The notes beneath the pieces were generated by a model. It was not told the DNA's origin, did no database searches, and worked only from the letters and a program-made list of their open reading frames with translations. This document shows, in pieces, positions 41,389 through 50,529 of a stretch of 64,000 bases of DNA (the first letter of the stretch is position 1; each line of letters begins with the position of its first letter). Location of the stretch: the NCBI GenBank assembly GCA_963827235.1, contig CAWHAE010000018.1, positions 192,001 to 256,000 of the forward strand. The letters run 5' to 3'. Both the position numbers and the translations under genes were made by a program. The DNA is from an uncultured bacterium. GTDB lineage: Bacteria > Chloroflexota > UBA5177 > JANWHV01.

Positions 41389-41799
41389 ATGGAACGAACG
41401 ATACTGCTCCTCGATGGCCATGACGGGGTACGAGCTGCGCTTGCGTCGCGTCTTCGGCATGCCGAAGGCGTCGTCGCGGTAGTTGCCGCCAAGAGCCTGG
41501 CCGACGCCCTGACCGCCGTGCGGGAAACGCCGCCCGACGCCGTTATCTATGATCCGCACACGGTTGAGGGAGATGCCGCCGACGCGATCTCGCGTCTGGC
41601 CGCCACTGGCTGCCCTGTGATCGTGCTCACATCGTCGCTGGTTGGCGACGAAGCGGCAGCCCTCTGTGATGCGGGCGCTGCGGCGCTCCTGCTCAAGGGC
41701 GGGAACGTCACGCAGCTGCTGCACGACGTTGAACGAGCGATCGAGACCGGCACAAGAATGGGCCCGCAAAGCCGCCATCCAGCACTATCAGGGGAGTAA
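41389..41799 (+). CDS. Stand-alone response regulator receiver domain (NarL-like)
   Basis: ILLLDGHDGVR, PDAVIYD (phospho-Asp), IVLTS, LLKG; no output domain. Confidence 0.75.
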   Translation: MERTILLLDGHDGVRAALASRLRHAEGVVAVVAAKSLADALTAVRETPPDAVIYDPHTVEGDAADAISRLAATGCPVIVLTSSLVGDEAAALCDAGAAALLLKGGNVTQLLHDVERAIETGTRMGPQSRHPALSGE

Positions 41800-41801
41800 A
41801 C

Positions 41802-41840
41802 CCGGCCGTTCGGCCCTTGCAGGATGGGCCGGTTGGGCGT
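41802..41840. promoter_or_regulatory. Two DosR/OsdR-like boxes upstream of the aeRF1-like gene and USP
   Basis: CCGGCCGTTCGGCCCT (41802-41817) and TGGGCCGGTTGGGCGT (41825-41840), compared with the actinobacterial AGGGCCGATCGGCCCT-type consensus as recalled. Confidence 0.4.
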
Positions 41841-41919
41841 AGTATGGCCTAGCGATGGTGGTGCCGCTCACCCCGATGCTTGCAACTCCAGTGAGTCTCG
41901 GGTTCCTCGGAGGTCAGGG

Positions 41920-42516
41920 ATGAACAGCACAGCGAAGAACCCCAGTTTGCCACAGCGAATCGGTCTGGTGTTGTTCGACGAAGCTCGCACTAGGGTCTTT
42001 GCTCTGCGTGGCACCGGGATTGAGGATGCCCGGGAATACACTGTCGACGTCCACAGGCTGGCAGGCACGCGAGCCGCGGATCTGGTGGCGCCGCGCCCGC
42101 TCGGCACCATGCGCATTCGCGAGCGTGCCGCGCACACCGCGCGCCTGGTTACCGCGCTGCACGAGGAGTGTCCGTTCGACCATCTTCTCGTGGCAGGGCC
42201 TCCCTGGGCCCAGCTTCTCATGCTGCAGCAATTGCCACCGCAGTTGCGCGCACGCCTTATCGGCTCCCTGGCGCTTTCGGTCTCCGCCGGTGAGAGCGCG
42301 ATCCTTGCCGCTACGCTGCCCATTATGCCGACGATCTGTCGACGGACACATGCAACGCAGCATCGCGCCGCAGTAGCGGGTTCTCAGCGGTCGAGGTTGG
42401 GCAGCGCAAAGCAATTTATGGTTATGATTGGGGCACCGGCCTGGCATGTGGCCCAGCAGGTGCGCGGCACGACGATGCTGGCCCCGTCCGGCCTGAATAA
42501 CCCAGCCTGGCCATGA
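41920..42516 (+). CDS. Truncated aeRF1-like (baeRF/host-attachment-like) domain protein, paralog 2
   Basis: GGAGG RBS; IGLVLFDEARTRVF..IEDARE...FDHLLVAGPP...LPPQLRARLIGSLALSVSAGESAIL. Confidence 0.65.
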   Translation: MNSTAKNPSLPQRIGLVLFDEARTRVFALRGTGIEDAREYTVDVHRLAGTRAADLVAPRPLGTMRIRERAAHTARLVTALHEECPFDHLLVAGPPWAQLLMLQQLPPQLRARLIGSLALSVSAGESAILAATLPIMPTICRRTHATQHRAAVAGSQRSRLGSAKQFMVMIGAPAWHVAQQVRGTTMLAPSGLNNPAWP

Positions 42517-42642
42517 TTGGCGGCCTGACGCGGTGATCGCCTTCGCGTCGATGCTATCTGAACGCGGTGCCGGCCCGCGCGGCGCGCGTATGCGTGAATG
42601 AGTGCTGTGTAGTATCCATCTGCAGCTTGAAGGAGACGGACT

Positions 42643-43593
42643 ATGAGCACGATCCTGGTCCCGCTCGATGGCTCACCTCACGCCGAACAAGCGTTGCCAC
42701 ATGCTTGCCGTCTCGCTCTCCTGACCGGTGCCGAGCTGCTTCTCGTGCGTGCCGCGCTACCGGTGGTCGACCCGGAGGCCGGCGTCGCTACTCGCTCTTC
42801 CGTGCAGCACGCCGAAGCCTATCTCAACACGCTTCGCGATCGTCTGCAGGCAGAAGGCTTTTCGGCTGAGAGCATCAGCCTGTTCAGCAATCCCGTCCCC
42901 GGTATTCTGCGCGTTGCTCGGACGCACGAGGCATCGACCATCGTCATGAGCACACACGGGCGGACCGGGCTGCGCCGGATGGTGGTGGGCTCCGTGACCG
43001 AGCAAGTCGTCCAGGAGAGCCTCATCCCCGTCCTGATCGTCAACGGCGATTCACCGAGCATGGCGCCGAATGGCCGCTATCGCCGTATCCTTGTCCCGCT
43101 GGACGGATCGAGCTACGCCGAGTCCGCGCTCGAGGCGGTCAAAGATCTTCGCATGGCAGGCGACGTCGAGATCGTGCTGCTTCAATCGGTGCAGCCGTCG
43201 TTGTCTGGCGCCATGCGCAACCAGCGCCTGGCGCGCGACCTCGAGCAGCGACTGGATGCGGCACGCACGTATCTCGCGCGGGCGGCCGCGACCATGCTGC
43301 CCGGTTATGCCTCCTCGGTGCTGACGCCGATCGCGGACCCGGCTGCCGCCATCCTCACCGCTGTGGAGGCCCAGCATGTCGACCTGATCGTGCTCGCCGC
43401 GCACGCCCGACGCGGCCGGGTTCGCTTCTCCCCCACGAGCGTGGCGGGCCAGGTGCTGCGGGAGACCGGCACCCCGGTACTCATCGTGCGCGGCATCGAT
43501 GAGGCAGGTGCCGTGGCAAAGACGGTTCTGCCGGAAGTCGAGCAGAGCGAGAGCGAAGAAGACAGCCACTTCGACGACTTCCTCTTCGTCTAG
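42643..43593 (+). CDS. Tandem universal stress protein
   Basis: Two ILVPLDGS..AE.AL starts; MSTHGRTG...GSVTEQV...PVLIV; AAGGAG RBS. Confidence 0.93.
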   Translation: MSTILVPLDGSPHAEQALPHACRLALLTGAELLLVRAALPVVDPEAGVATRSSVQHAEAYLNTLRDRLQAEGFSAESISLFSNPVPGILRVARTHEASTIVMSTHGRTGLRRMVVGSVTEQVVQESLIPVLIVNGDSPSMAPNGRYRRILVPLDGSSYAESALEAVKDLRMAGDVEIVLLQSVQPSLSGAMRNQRLARDLEQRLDAARTYLARAAATMLPGYASSVLTPIADPAAAILTAVEAQHVDLIVLAAHARRGRVRFSPTSVAGQVLRETGTPVLIVRGIDEAGAVAKTVLPEVEQSESEEDSHFDDFLFV

Positions 43594-44156
43594 CCCGAAG
43601 AGTCCGCGTCCTCTACGTCTTCCCGGAGATACCGCAACGCCGCGGCCGGGTCGCGTACCGAGACGACGCGCTTCCGCCACCAATCGAGCACGAAGAGATC
43701 GTGTATAGTCGCCAGCTCGGCCAGAATCGTGGCGTATGCTTCCAGAACGTCCGGATCGGCCGACTGCGGCAGCGCCAGGTTGAGCGCGGTGACGATGCCG
43801 TCTTCCTGCAGGCCGTAGAACGCCCCGCGGTCGCCGTATCCCTCGCCGAAGGCATACGCGTTGCAGAGGATGCGCAGCGCCGTGCTCGACCCGGTCTGCA
43901 CCAGCGTCGCGGGCGCGAAGCTCGGCCGCAGGCGTTCTTCAAGATCCTCGACGCGAATCTGCCGCTCGATCAGTCGACAGTCCTGCTGTACGTCGGGCAG
44001 AACGAATGCCTTATCGGTCCGTGCTCCCAACGCCTGCGCGCTCGTATAGGCACGAAGCTGCTCCATGGCGGCCAGGCAATGGATCCGGTTCTCCACCGGA
44101 AGCAGGACATTGTCCTCCCAGTCGGTCTCGTGCAGGAAGAAGATCGAGTCCGGCAT
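43590..44156 (-). CDS. Hypothetical protein
   Basis: 188-aa ORF with protein-like composition; stop overlaps the USP stop (CTAG); AGGA RBS. Confidence 0.65.
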   Translation of the reverse strand: MPDSIFFLHETDWEDNVLLPVENRIHCLAAMEQLRAYTSAQALGARTDKAFVLPDVQQDCRLIERQIRVEDLEERLRPSFAPATLVQTGSSTALRILCNAYAFGEGYGDRGAFYGLQEDGIVTALNLALPQSADPDVLEAYATILAELATIHDLFVLDWWRKRVVSVRDPAAALRYLREDVEDADSSG

Positions 44157-44281
44157 GCGTTACGTCCTGGAGCAGCCGCCACCGCGACCGGAAGCGGTGG
44201 GTGAATCCGCACATGCCGTCGCGCCCGCTCGGATCCCGGATCGGACATGTACGCTGAGCGACTCGCCGTGCACCGAAAGAG

Positions 44282-44311
44282 TTGACACGCTGCGTTCAGC
44301 CCCCCTACCCT
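44282..44311 (+). promoter_or_regulatory. Sigma70-type promoter, probably giving a leaderless transcript of the PLD-like gene
   Basis: TTGACA (44282-44287), 18-nt spacer, TACCCT (44306-44311); GTG start 7 nt downstream; no Shine-Dalgarno sequence. Confidence 0.45.
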
Positions 44312-44318
44312 CATACGC

Positions 44319-45782
44319 GTGATGGTACAGCGTCTGGTTCGAATCCTCATCGCCTGCGCGTGTCTTGCCCTCTCAATACAGCCGGCCGAGGCGCACCGGA
44401 CCGGGGCGGCGAACGCGCCGGTGTACGTGCTCCTCTCGGAGCCGCGCGCCGGCAGGGATCCCGTGGTGACTCTGATCGGCGAGGCGCAGGCCAGTGTGCT
44501 TGTGGAGACCCAAGCCTTGAACGACCAGACGGTGGTCGATGCGCTCTCCGCCGCGCGATCGCGCGGCGTCGACGTGCGCGTGATGGTCGATCCGCATTCG
44601 GCTTCCAGCGGCGCTGTGCTCACTGCGCTCTCGGGGCACGATGTGCTGACGAGGCGCGGCAATCCGTCGTTCAGCCTGACCGGGCAAAGTACCATGCTGA
44701 TCGACGGATCGACCCTGGCGCTTTCCAACGCGCCCTTCACCGCCGTCGCGCGTACCGCTCAGCGGCGGTTTGTGCTGGTCGACTTCAACCCTGCCGACGT
44801 TCAACAGGCTTCCTCGGTGTTCTTCGACGATTGGGAACGCCGTACACCGGTGGTAGTGCCCAGCAACGTGGTCCTCGGTCCGGTGAACTACTCGCAGGAC
44901 GTCGTGGCGGCAATCGACCGCTCGGTGGTAACCCTGGACATCATGGCCGCCTCGATTACAAGTCCCGAGGTGTTGCAGGCGCTCGTCACGGCAACGCACC
45001 GCGGTGTCTCGGTGCGCGTGATGCTCGACCCAGGCGTGCCGTCTTCGCTCATACAAACGCTCCTGCTCGACGGCGTGTCCGTGCGCCTGCTCGGCTCCGG
45101 CTTCGCCGGATCGGCCCTGTCCGTCGACAATGCCCGCGTCCTGCTCGGCAGTGCTTCGCTGGTCGACGATGCACTCCAGCAGTATCGGGAGATGGGCCTC
45201 ATGATTAAGGATGCGGCCGTCAGCGCGGTGCTCGCCAGCGAGTTCGGCTACGCGTGGCGCGCGGCGGCGCCGATCTCCCCACCGACCGCTACGCCGACCA
45301 ACACGCCCGTGCCCACGAACACCATCACGCCGACGCCGAGCAAGACGCCGGTCCCGACCAGGACACCCAAGGGCTATCACCCCAGCAGGACTCCCACTCC
45401 GCGGCCGGAGACGCCCACTCGCACGCCGGTGCCGTCGCGCACGCCCACGCCGATTCGACCTACCAGCACACCGCCGCCCACGCCGACGCCCAGCTCACTC
45501 GGTCTCAGCGTCGACTATGCCCAGAGCGTGCGTATAGGCAGCACGCAGCAGATAGTCGTGCACACGGCTGCCGGCGCTGCTGTGTCGGTGATCGTCACCT
45601 ATCCCGACGGCACGGTAACCAACCCGGGTACCAAGGCCGGGAAAGCGGATGCCACCGGAACGTTCACCGACTCCTGGCAGGTGTCGCTGACGGTCAATCC
45701 CGGACCGGCCAAGGCGTCGATCGTGGTAGCGGCCGGAAAGCTGCGCAAGAGCGCGGCAATCGCCTTCACGATCACCTTCTAG
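44319..45782 (+). CDS. Secreted PLD-fold protein with both HKD motifs degenerate, Pro/Thr linker and C-terminal Ig-like domain
   Basis: Signal peptide; two RGV.VRV..D units; GQSTMLID and AGSALSVD in place of HxKxxxxD; YREMG; PTATPTNTP... linker; VTYPDG C-terminal beta domain. Confidence 0.8.
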   Translation: MMVQRLVRILIACACLALSIQPAEAHRTGAANAPVYVLLSEPRAGRDPVVTLIGEAQASVLVETQALNDQTVVDALSAARSRGVDVRVMVDPHSASSGAVLTALSGHDVLTRRGNPSFSLTGQSTMLIDGSTLALSNAPFTAVARTAQRRFVLVDFNPADVQQASSVFFDDWERRTPVVVPSNVVLGPVNYSQDVVAAIDRSVVTLDIMAASITSPEVLQALVTATHRGVSVRVMLDPGVPSSLIQTLLLDGVSVRLLGSGFAGSALSVDNARVLLGSASLVDDALQQYREMGLMIKDAAVSAVLASEFGYAWRAAAPISPPTATPTNTPVPTNTITPTPSKTPVPTRTPKGYHPSRTPTPRPETPTRTPVPSRTPTPIRPTSTPPPTPTPSSLGLSVDYAQSVRIGSTQQIVVHTAAGAAVSVIVTYPDGTVTNPGTKAGKADATGTFTDSWQVSLTVNPGPAKASIVVAAGKLRKSAAIAFTITF

Positions 45783-45995
45783 GCGGCACATCCGTCAAGG
45801 TTCGTGGTCTCAGGTGCGCCGGGTGTCATCTTCGTTACACGTGGCGCCGGTACGCCGGATCCCGGTGAGATGCGGTTGCGTACCAGGCGCCCTCAGCATC
45901 GCTGAGATCGGCAGTGTCGCACCGGCCTGCAGGCTGACCGCACAGGGAATGCCCGGGCCTTCTGCGCAGGCATTCCCTCGCATCTTCCGCAGTGG

Positions 45996-47210
45996 TCAAT
46001 CATGCCCATGCACAAGGCGCGCGATCACGTCCCATTGCGTCGGCTTCTCCTGGCCAAGACGCCAGAACGAGAAGCCGGCAACGCCATGGGCCAGTACCGC
46101 CTGCAGCTTGGCGCCCAGGCTCACACCATCCTCATAGTGCACGATATGCCGGCCCAGTGAATCTTGCCAGGTGAAGCGAGGCGTTGCGTCAGAGGCGGGG
46201 CGCAGCAGCGGAGCGCCTGTCCGCGCCAGCAATGCTTCCGCGCCTTCCTGCGTAAGGTCGGTATGGGTAACGGTCGAGCCGTTCACGATCCAGTGCCGCC
46301 CGTAAAACGACTGCCCAACCACGAGCTTCCCTGACGCGACCTGCTCACGCGCGAAGGCCGTGGCGTCGCGAACCCACCACAGCGGTGAAAGTGAGCCAGG
46401 CAGCTGATCCGACTTGGAATACGCCATCAGCACGACCGCGTCACAGACTTGAGCCAGTGCCCGGTAGTCATACGGCGCCGCCCAAGAGGATACAGGGATC
46501 CCCGAGAGCGGCTGGAGCTGCGGTCCGACATTGACCGTGACCTGTTTTCCCTCGGCGTGCAGTAGCGTTGCGAGCTGGGCCGTGAAGTCGGTGAATTTGT
46601 CGCGATAGGCGCCGAATGGACCCTCGAAATCTATGTTGGCTCCAGCATAGTCATGTTCGAGCACCAGTGCGAGGATCCTCCCGGCCATGTTTCTGCGGCT
46701 TCCAGGTGATTCCAGCACCATCCTGGCAATCAGGGGATCGAAGCCTGCGTTTCGAAACAAAGGAACCAGTGCGACTCCTCTTTCGCGAGCGAGCCGGATG
46801 ACCGCGGCTTGGGCATCCGACGAGATCGAGCCACTCGACCCGATGGTGTACCAGGTTGGACACACGGCGGTCAGGTGGTGGGCCTCCTTCTCGAGATCGG
46901 CAACGCTGGCGGTATCCTTCGAGTAGAGCCAGGCGCTGACGGTGAGCGCGGATACCGGCGTCGATTGCGGTGGGAATGCAGCCCTGGCGGAAGCCGTCCC
47001 GAGCGGGGTGTGCCGGAACGGCGCTGCTCCCACCGAGGCCGCGACGACTCCCGCCGCGCCGGTGAGGGTCGACTGGAGAAGCCTTCGCCTGGTGAGACGT
47101 GTGCGGTCCGGCGGCCGGTATCTCGGGCTATCGGTTAGGATCTGCCTTCCGAGCGTGTGCGCCGCGGTTCGCGAGCCCGGGGGGCGGTGCGGTGCGATTC
47201 GCCTCTTCAT
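45996..47210 (-). CDS. Tat-exported glycoside hydrolase family 18 (YaaH/YdhD-like)
   Basis: TRRRLL Tat motif; DYAGANIDFE catalytic motif; LMAY, FYG, FWRLGQE. Confidence 0.88.
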   Translation of the reverse strand: MKRRIAPHRPPGSRTAAHTLGRQILTDSPRYRPPDRTRLTRRRLLQSTLTGAAGVVAASVGAAPFRHTPLGTASARAAFPPQSTPVSALTVSAWLYSKDTASVADLEKEAHHLTAVCPTWYTIGSSGSISSDAQAAVIRLARERGVALVPLFRNAGFDPLIARMVLESPGSRRNMAGRILALVLEHDYAGANIDFEGPFGAYRDKFTDFTAQLATLLHAEGKQVTVNVGPQLQPLSGIPVSSWAAPYDYRALAQVCDAVVLMAYSKSDQLPGSLSPLWWVRDATAFAREQVASGKLVVGQSFYGRHWIVNGSTVTHTDLTQEGAEALLARTGAPLLRPASDATPRFTWQDSLGRHIVHYEDGVSLGAKLQAVLAHGVAGFSFWRLGQEKPTQWDVIARLVHGHD

Positions 47211-47386
47211 TCAGTCATCTCCTCTTGAGTTGGTTCTCTGAGTCGTTTCCACCATGTGCCGGTCCCAAAGGACTCGGCACGCTGCATCTCGGTCACCAGT
47301 AGCCACACCAGAAAGCGCGCTCCTGAGGCTGCAAGATTGGCTCCTCACACCAAGTATTTGCCGCGAGCGCTTGTTGATAACGTGTC

Positions 47387-48100
47387 CTACTGCACACTCG
47401 GAAGTGAGAGGTTGGAGGTGTTCCAGTCGTCCCACGTTGTGGTGGTGCTGGTCTTGGCGGCCTCGCCGGCAGTGACCGCCACGCTGCCGAGAGCCAGGTG
47501 CTCGCACGGAAGATGCCTGTCAACCGCGACCCACCACTCCTCATGGTCGCCCTTACCCGTGAACTGATAGCCGACACATCGCTGACCTTGCATCGTGCGC
47601 GGTCTACCTGAGATGGGAGCCCAGTGGATGTCGAGGCTACCCGAGAAGCCCGATGTAAGCGTCAGAAACGCCGGCCCGAACAAGGTGCTGCCCATTTCAG
47701 CGAGTTGCGTCTGGGAAAGGGAGCGGCAAAGCCAGGCGCCAGGCGTCTGCATCGTTCGCGCGCAGGCCTGTGTCGCGGTGACCTCCAGCTCGGTCGTGTT
47801 CGCGCGACCGGCTTGAACGCGCACACTCTTGGAATAACCAAGCCATCGGCTGCCGCGGCGCATGCCGATGATTTGCTCAATACGCGAATATGGGCTGCTC
47901 ACGCCGGGCACGCCAGTGCCGGTAGTGACCTGCGTGAGTTGATAGCTATGGACTGCTGCGAAGGATTGTGCCATCTGGACCATGAACTGCGGCCCACCCG
48001 CCCGCGCCGCGGTCATACTGAACTGCGCGACTCCGAGGGCAAGCAGCGTTGCCATGCCAAGACGACAGACTACTTTGTACACGTTCAGATGTTCTTTCAC
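47387..48100 (-). CDS. Secreted hypothetical protein (possible LolA/LppX-like fold)
   Basis: Signal-like hydrophobic N-terminus ending ARA; WWVAVDRHLP and TWDDWN motifs; AAGGAGG RBS. Confidence 0.55.
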   Translation of the reverse strand: MKEHLNVYKVVCRLGMATLLALGVAQFSMTAARAGGPQFMVQMAQSFAAVHSYQLTQVTTGTGVPGVSSPYSRIEQIIGMRRGSRWLGYSKSVRVQAGRANTTELEVTATQACARTMQTPGAWLCRSLSQTQLAEMGSTLFGPAFLTLTSGFSGSLDIHWAPISGRPRTMQGQRCVGYQFTGKGDHEEWWVAVDRHLPCEHLALGSVAVTAGEAAKTSTTTTWDDWNTSNLSLPSVQ

Positions 48101-48611
48101 CGATCGGCCTCCTTGACTGCACGCTGCCGATGTCTCGCTTCCACCGGTTCCGCTGTGGACTCCACTAGCGAGCGATCAGAGCCGGCGCCCTCATCTGCGC
48201 TGTTGCCTCGATCGGTTGGCATGAGCGGCAGAGCCTCATCGTCCAACAACGCAAGCGTGCTGTAGCCGGGAAGGATCAGCCATGCAGTACCCACGTAGCA
48301 GACCCACGTAATTGTCTGATTCGCCAACTACGTGGAGCGTGGCGGCCGGGCTTGCCCAGAAAGTCGTGAATTAACCCGGTCTGATTTCCAGGCTGCAGGC
48401 AGCGTCACGGACAGGCAGCTGAATCTGCTGCGACGAAGGCAGCGGATGTCGTCGCCGGGAAGCACGTAGGTCACGACTCAGCGTAGTTCGCGGCAGAGTC
48501 TGAGCCGGCGAATCGGTGTCGCCAGCTGTGTTATGATGCGCAGCAGTGTGCTGGATTCTCGGTCTTGGCGGTTGAACTGCGCTGCCCGGGATGAGGCGGC
48601 GGGGACACGAC

Positions 48612-50414
48612 GTGGAGCTGACGCCGGCCTCCAGGCAAACCTCCTTTGGTGAGCTGCTCAAGCGCTATCGGATTGCTGCCGGACTCTCTCAGGAGGCACT
48701 GGCCGAGCAAGCACGACTCAGCGTGCGGGGGATCAGTGACCTGGAGCGCGGTATCAACCGCACGCCGCGCCGGGAGACAGTGGATCTGCTTGCCGGTGCA
48801 TTGCGCCTGAGCGGCGAGGAGAGAGGCTCGCTGGAGGCATCGATCGTGCGTCGCCGCGGCCCACCGGCAGGACGCTCCGTCGTCGCTGAAGCGCCCGCGC
48901 TCGAGGCTTCACCTCAACCTGTCACACTCGCTTCCCAACCCGCTGTCGCCCAGGGCGAAGGCGCGCAACGGGTGCCGCTCGTACGAGGACGAACGCTGCC
49001 TCGGCCCGGCAGATTGGGCTCGATGAGTCTGTTCGGCGTGCTGGCCCTGCTGCTCGTGATCGGCGCCGGGGCGGCCCTTGGGTTTCACGCTTTCAGGGCG
49101 CAACAGGCTTCGACGGGGCCGCGATCCAGCAGCACGGTGATCGTGGTTGCCGATTTCACCGGCCCGGATCCGCAGGAGTATCGCGTCACCGACTTCATCC
49201 TCAATCAGCTCATCGGCGCTACCGCGAAGTACCGCGATGTGCGCGTCCAGGCGCTGGGTGCGTCGATTACCGAACACCAGGGAGGTGACGTGTGGGCACG
49301 GAGCGTGGGCCTCAGTCACCAGGCCACGATGGTGCTGTGGGGCTGGTATAGCAAGACGGCTACCAGCGCCTACGTGACGGCGCACCTGCAAGTGCTGAGC
49401 GGGTTGCATGCGCTGCAACCGCAGCAGCAGACCGCCGACCTGGTAACCCCTTCCGCCGAGCTGGATGGTTTCCAGATCCAGACCGCGCTCTCGGCCAAGA
49501 CCGGCTTCCTGACGCTGCTCACGCTCGGGGTGCTCAGATATGCTGCCCACGACTATGCCGGGGCCATCTCGCGTTTCAGCGATGCATTGGCGGCGCGCAG
49601 CCCGGCGCCGGACCTTCAAAGCCGGCTGGACACTGCCATTGTCTACTTCTATCGAGGAAACGCGCGGGCGCACCGTGAGGACTTCCACGACGCGATTCAA
49701 GACTTTGATGCCGCGCTCCAGTTTCGTCCTGCGTTTGCTTCCAAAGCCCTCTACAACCGCGGTGAGGCGCGGCTCAGTCTGGGCGACGACCGAGGCGCTG
49801 CGGCAGACTTCACCGCGACATTGCGGTCTGAGCCCAGCAATGCCGGCGCCTACTATGACCGGGGATTGGCGCGGTTCCGCTTGGGCGACAAATCCGGCGC
49901 GGTGACAGATTTCAGTCAAGTGCTCGCGCTCCATACTTCCTTCGACGCCAGGGCCCATTACCTTCGCGGCGATGTGAGGCTGAGTCTGGGTGATAACCGC
50001 GGCGCAGTGTCAGACTTCACCGAGGCGCTGCGCGCCGAGCCCGCGAACGCGGCTGCCTACTACAACCGGGGATTGGCGCGTTCTCGTCTGGGCGACAAGC
50101 ATGGAGCGGTAGCCGACTTCAGTCGGGTGCTCGCGCTGAACGCTTCCTTCGCGGCCAAGGCCTACTACCTGCGCGGCGAAGCGTGGTTGAGCTTGGGTGA
50201 CGACCGCCAGGCTGAGTCGGACTTCACCGCCGCGCCGAGCACCAGTCCTGCCAACGCCGCCGCCATCTTCAACCGCGGCGTAGCGCGCGCCGCGTTGGGC
50301 GACGGACAGGGCGCACTCCAGGATTGGCGCACGGCCGCGGAGCTGTATCGGAAGCAGGGGAACCGGTCGGCATATCAGCAGACACTGCAGCATATTGCGA
50401 GGCTAGGATCGTAA
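48612..50414 (+). CDS. XRE-HTH + TM helix + TPR-repeat protein
   Basis: FGELLKRYRIAAGLSQEALAE...ISDLERG; TM LFGVLALLLVIGAGAALGF; about 8 TPRs (Y.NRG.A...LGD..GA..DF); alternative start at 48591. Confidence 0.88.
   Translation: MELTPASRQTSFGELLKRYRIAAGLSQEALAEQARLSVRGISDLERGINRTPRRETVDLLAGALRLSGEERGSLEASIVRRRGPPAGRSVVAEAPALEASPQPVTLASQPAVAQGEGAQRVPLVRGRTLPRPGRLGSMSLFGVLALLLVIGAGAALGFHAFRAQQASTGPRSSSTVIVVADFTGPDPQEYRVTDFILNQLIGATAKYRDVRVQALGASITEHQGGDVWARSVGLSHQATMVLWGWYSKTATSAYVTAHLQVLSGLHALQPQQQTADLVTPSAELDGFQIQTALSAKTGFLTLLTLGVLRYAAHDYAGAISRFSDALAARSPAPDLQSRLDTAIVYFYRGNARAHREDFHDAIQDFDAALQFRPAFASKALYNRGEARLSLGDDRGAAADFTATLRSEPSNAGAYYDRGLARFRLGDKSGAVTDFSQVLALHTSFDARAHYLRGDVRLSLGDNRGAVSDFTEALRAEPANAAAYYNRGLARSRLGDKHGAVADFSRVLALNASFAAKAYYLRGEAWLSLGDDRQAESDFTAAPSTSPANAAAIFNRGVARAALGDGQGALQDWRTAAELYRKQGNRSAYQQTLQHIARLGS
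49746..50340 (+). repeat. 207-bp (69-aa) tandem TPR-doublet repeat, about 3 copies
   Basis: Units start at 49746 (ALYNRG), 49953 (AHYLRG) and 50160 (AYYLRG), with visible DNA-level similarity. Confidence 0.8.
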
Positions 50415-50529
50415 GCCGGCAACCGGCCTGCCGGATCCCGTCATTGATCGTGTGCTCCCGCATACACGGAGGCCGGCGCGCGACCCGTGACGGCATCGTG
50501 ACCGCCTGCATGGCGTGGCCCGCACCAGC

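Noticed and set aside
44335-44347. GGTTCGAATCC, a tRNA T-loop-like string
   Set aside because: No T-stem, acceptor stem or cloverleaf; lies inside the PLD-like signal-peptide codons
48097-48327. 76-aa ORF whose stop overlaps the start of the 47387-48100 gene
   Set aside because: TTG start without an RBS and no recognisable motif; may be a remnant but cannot be supported
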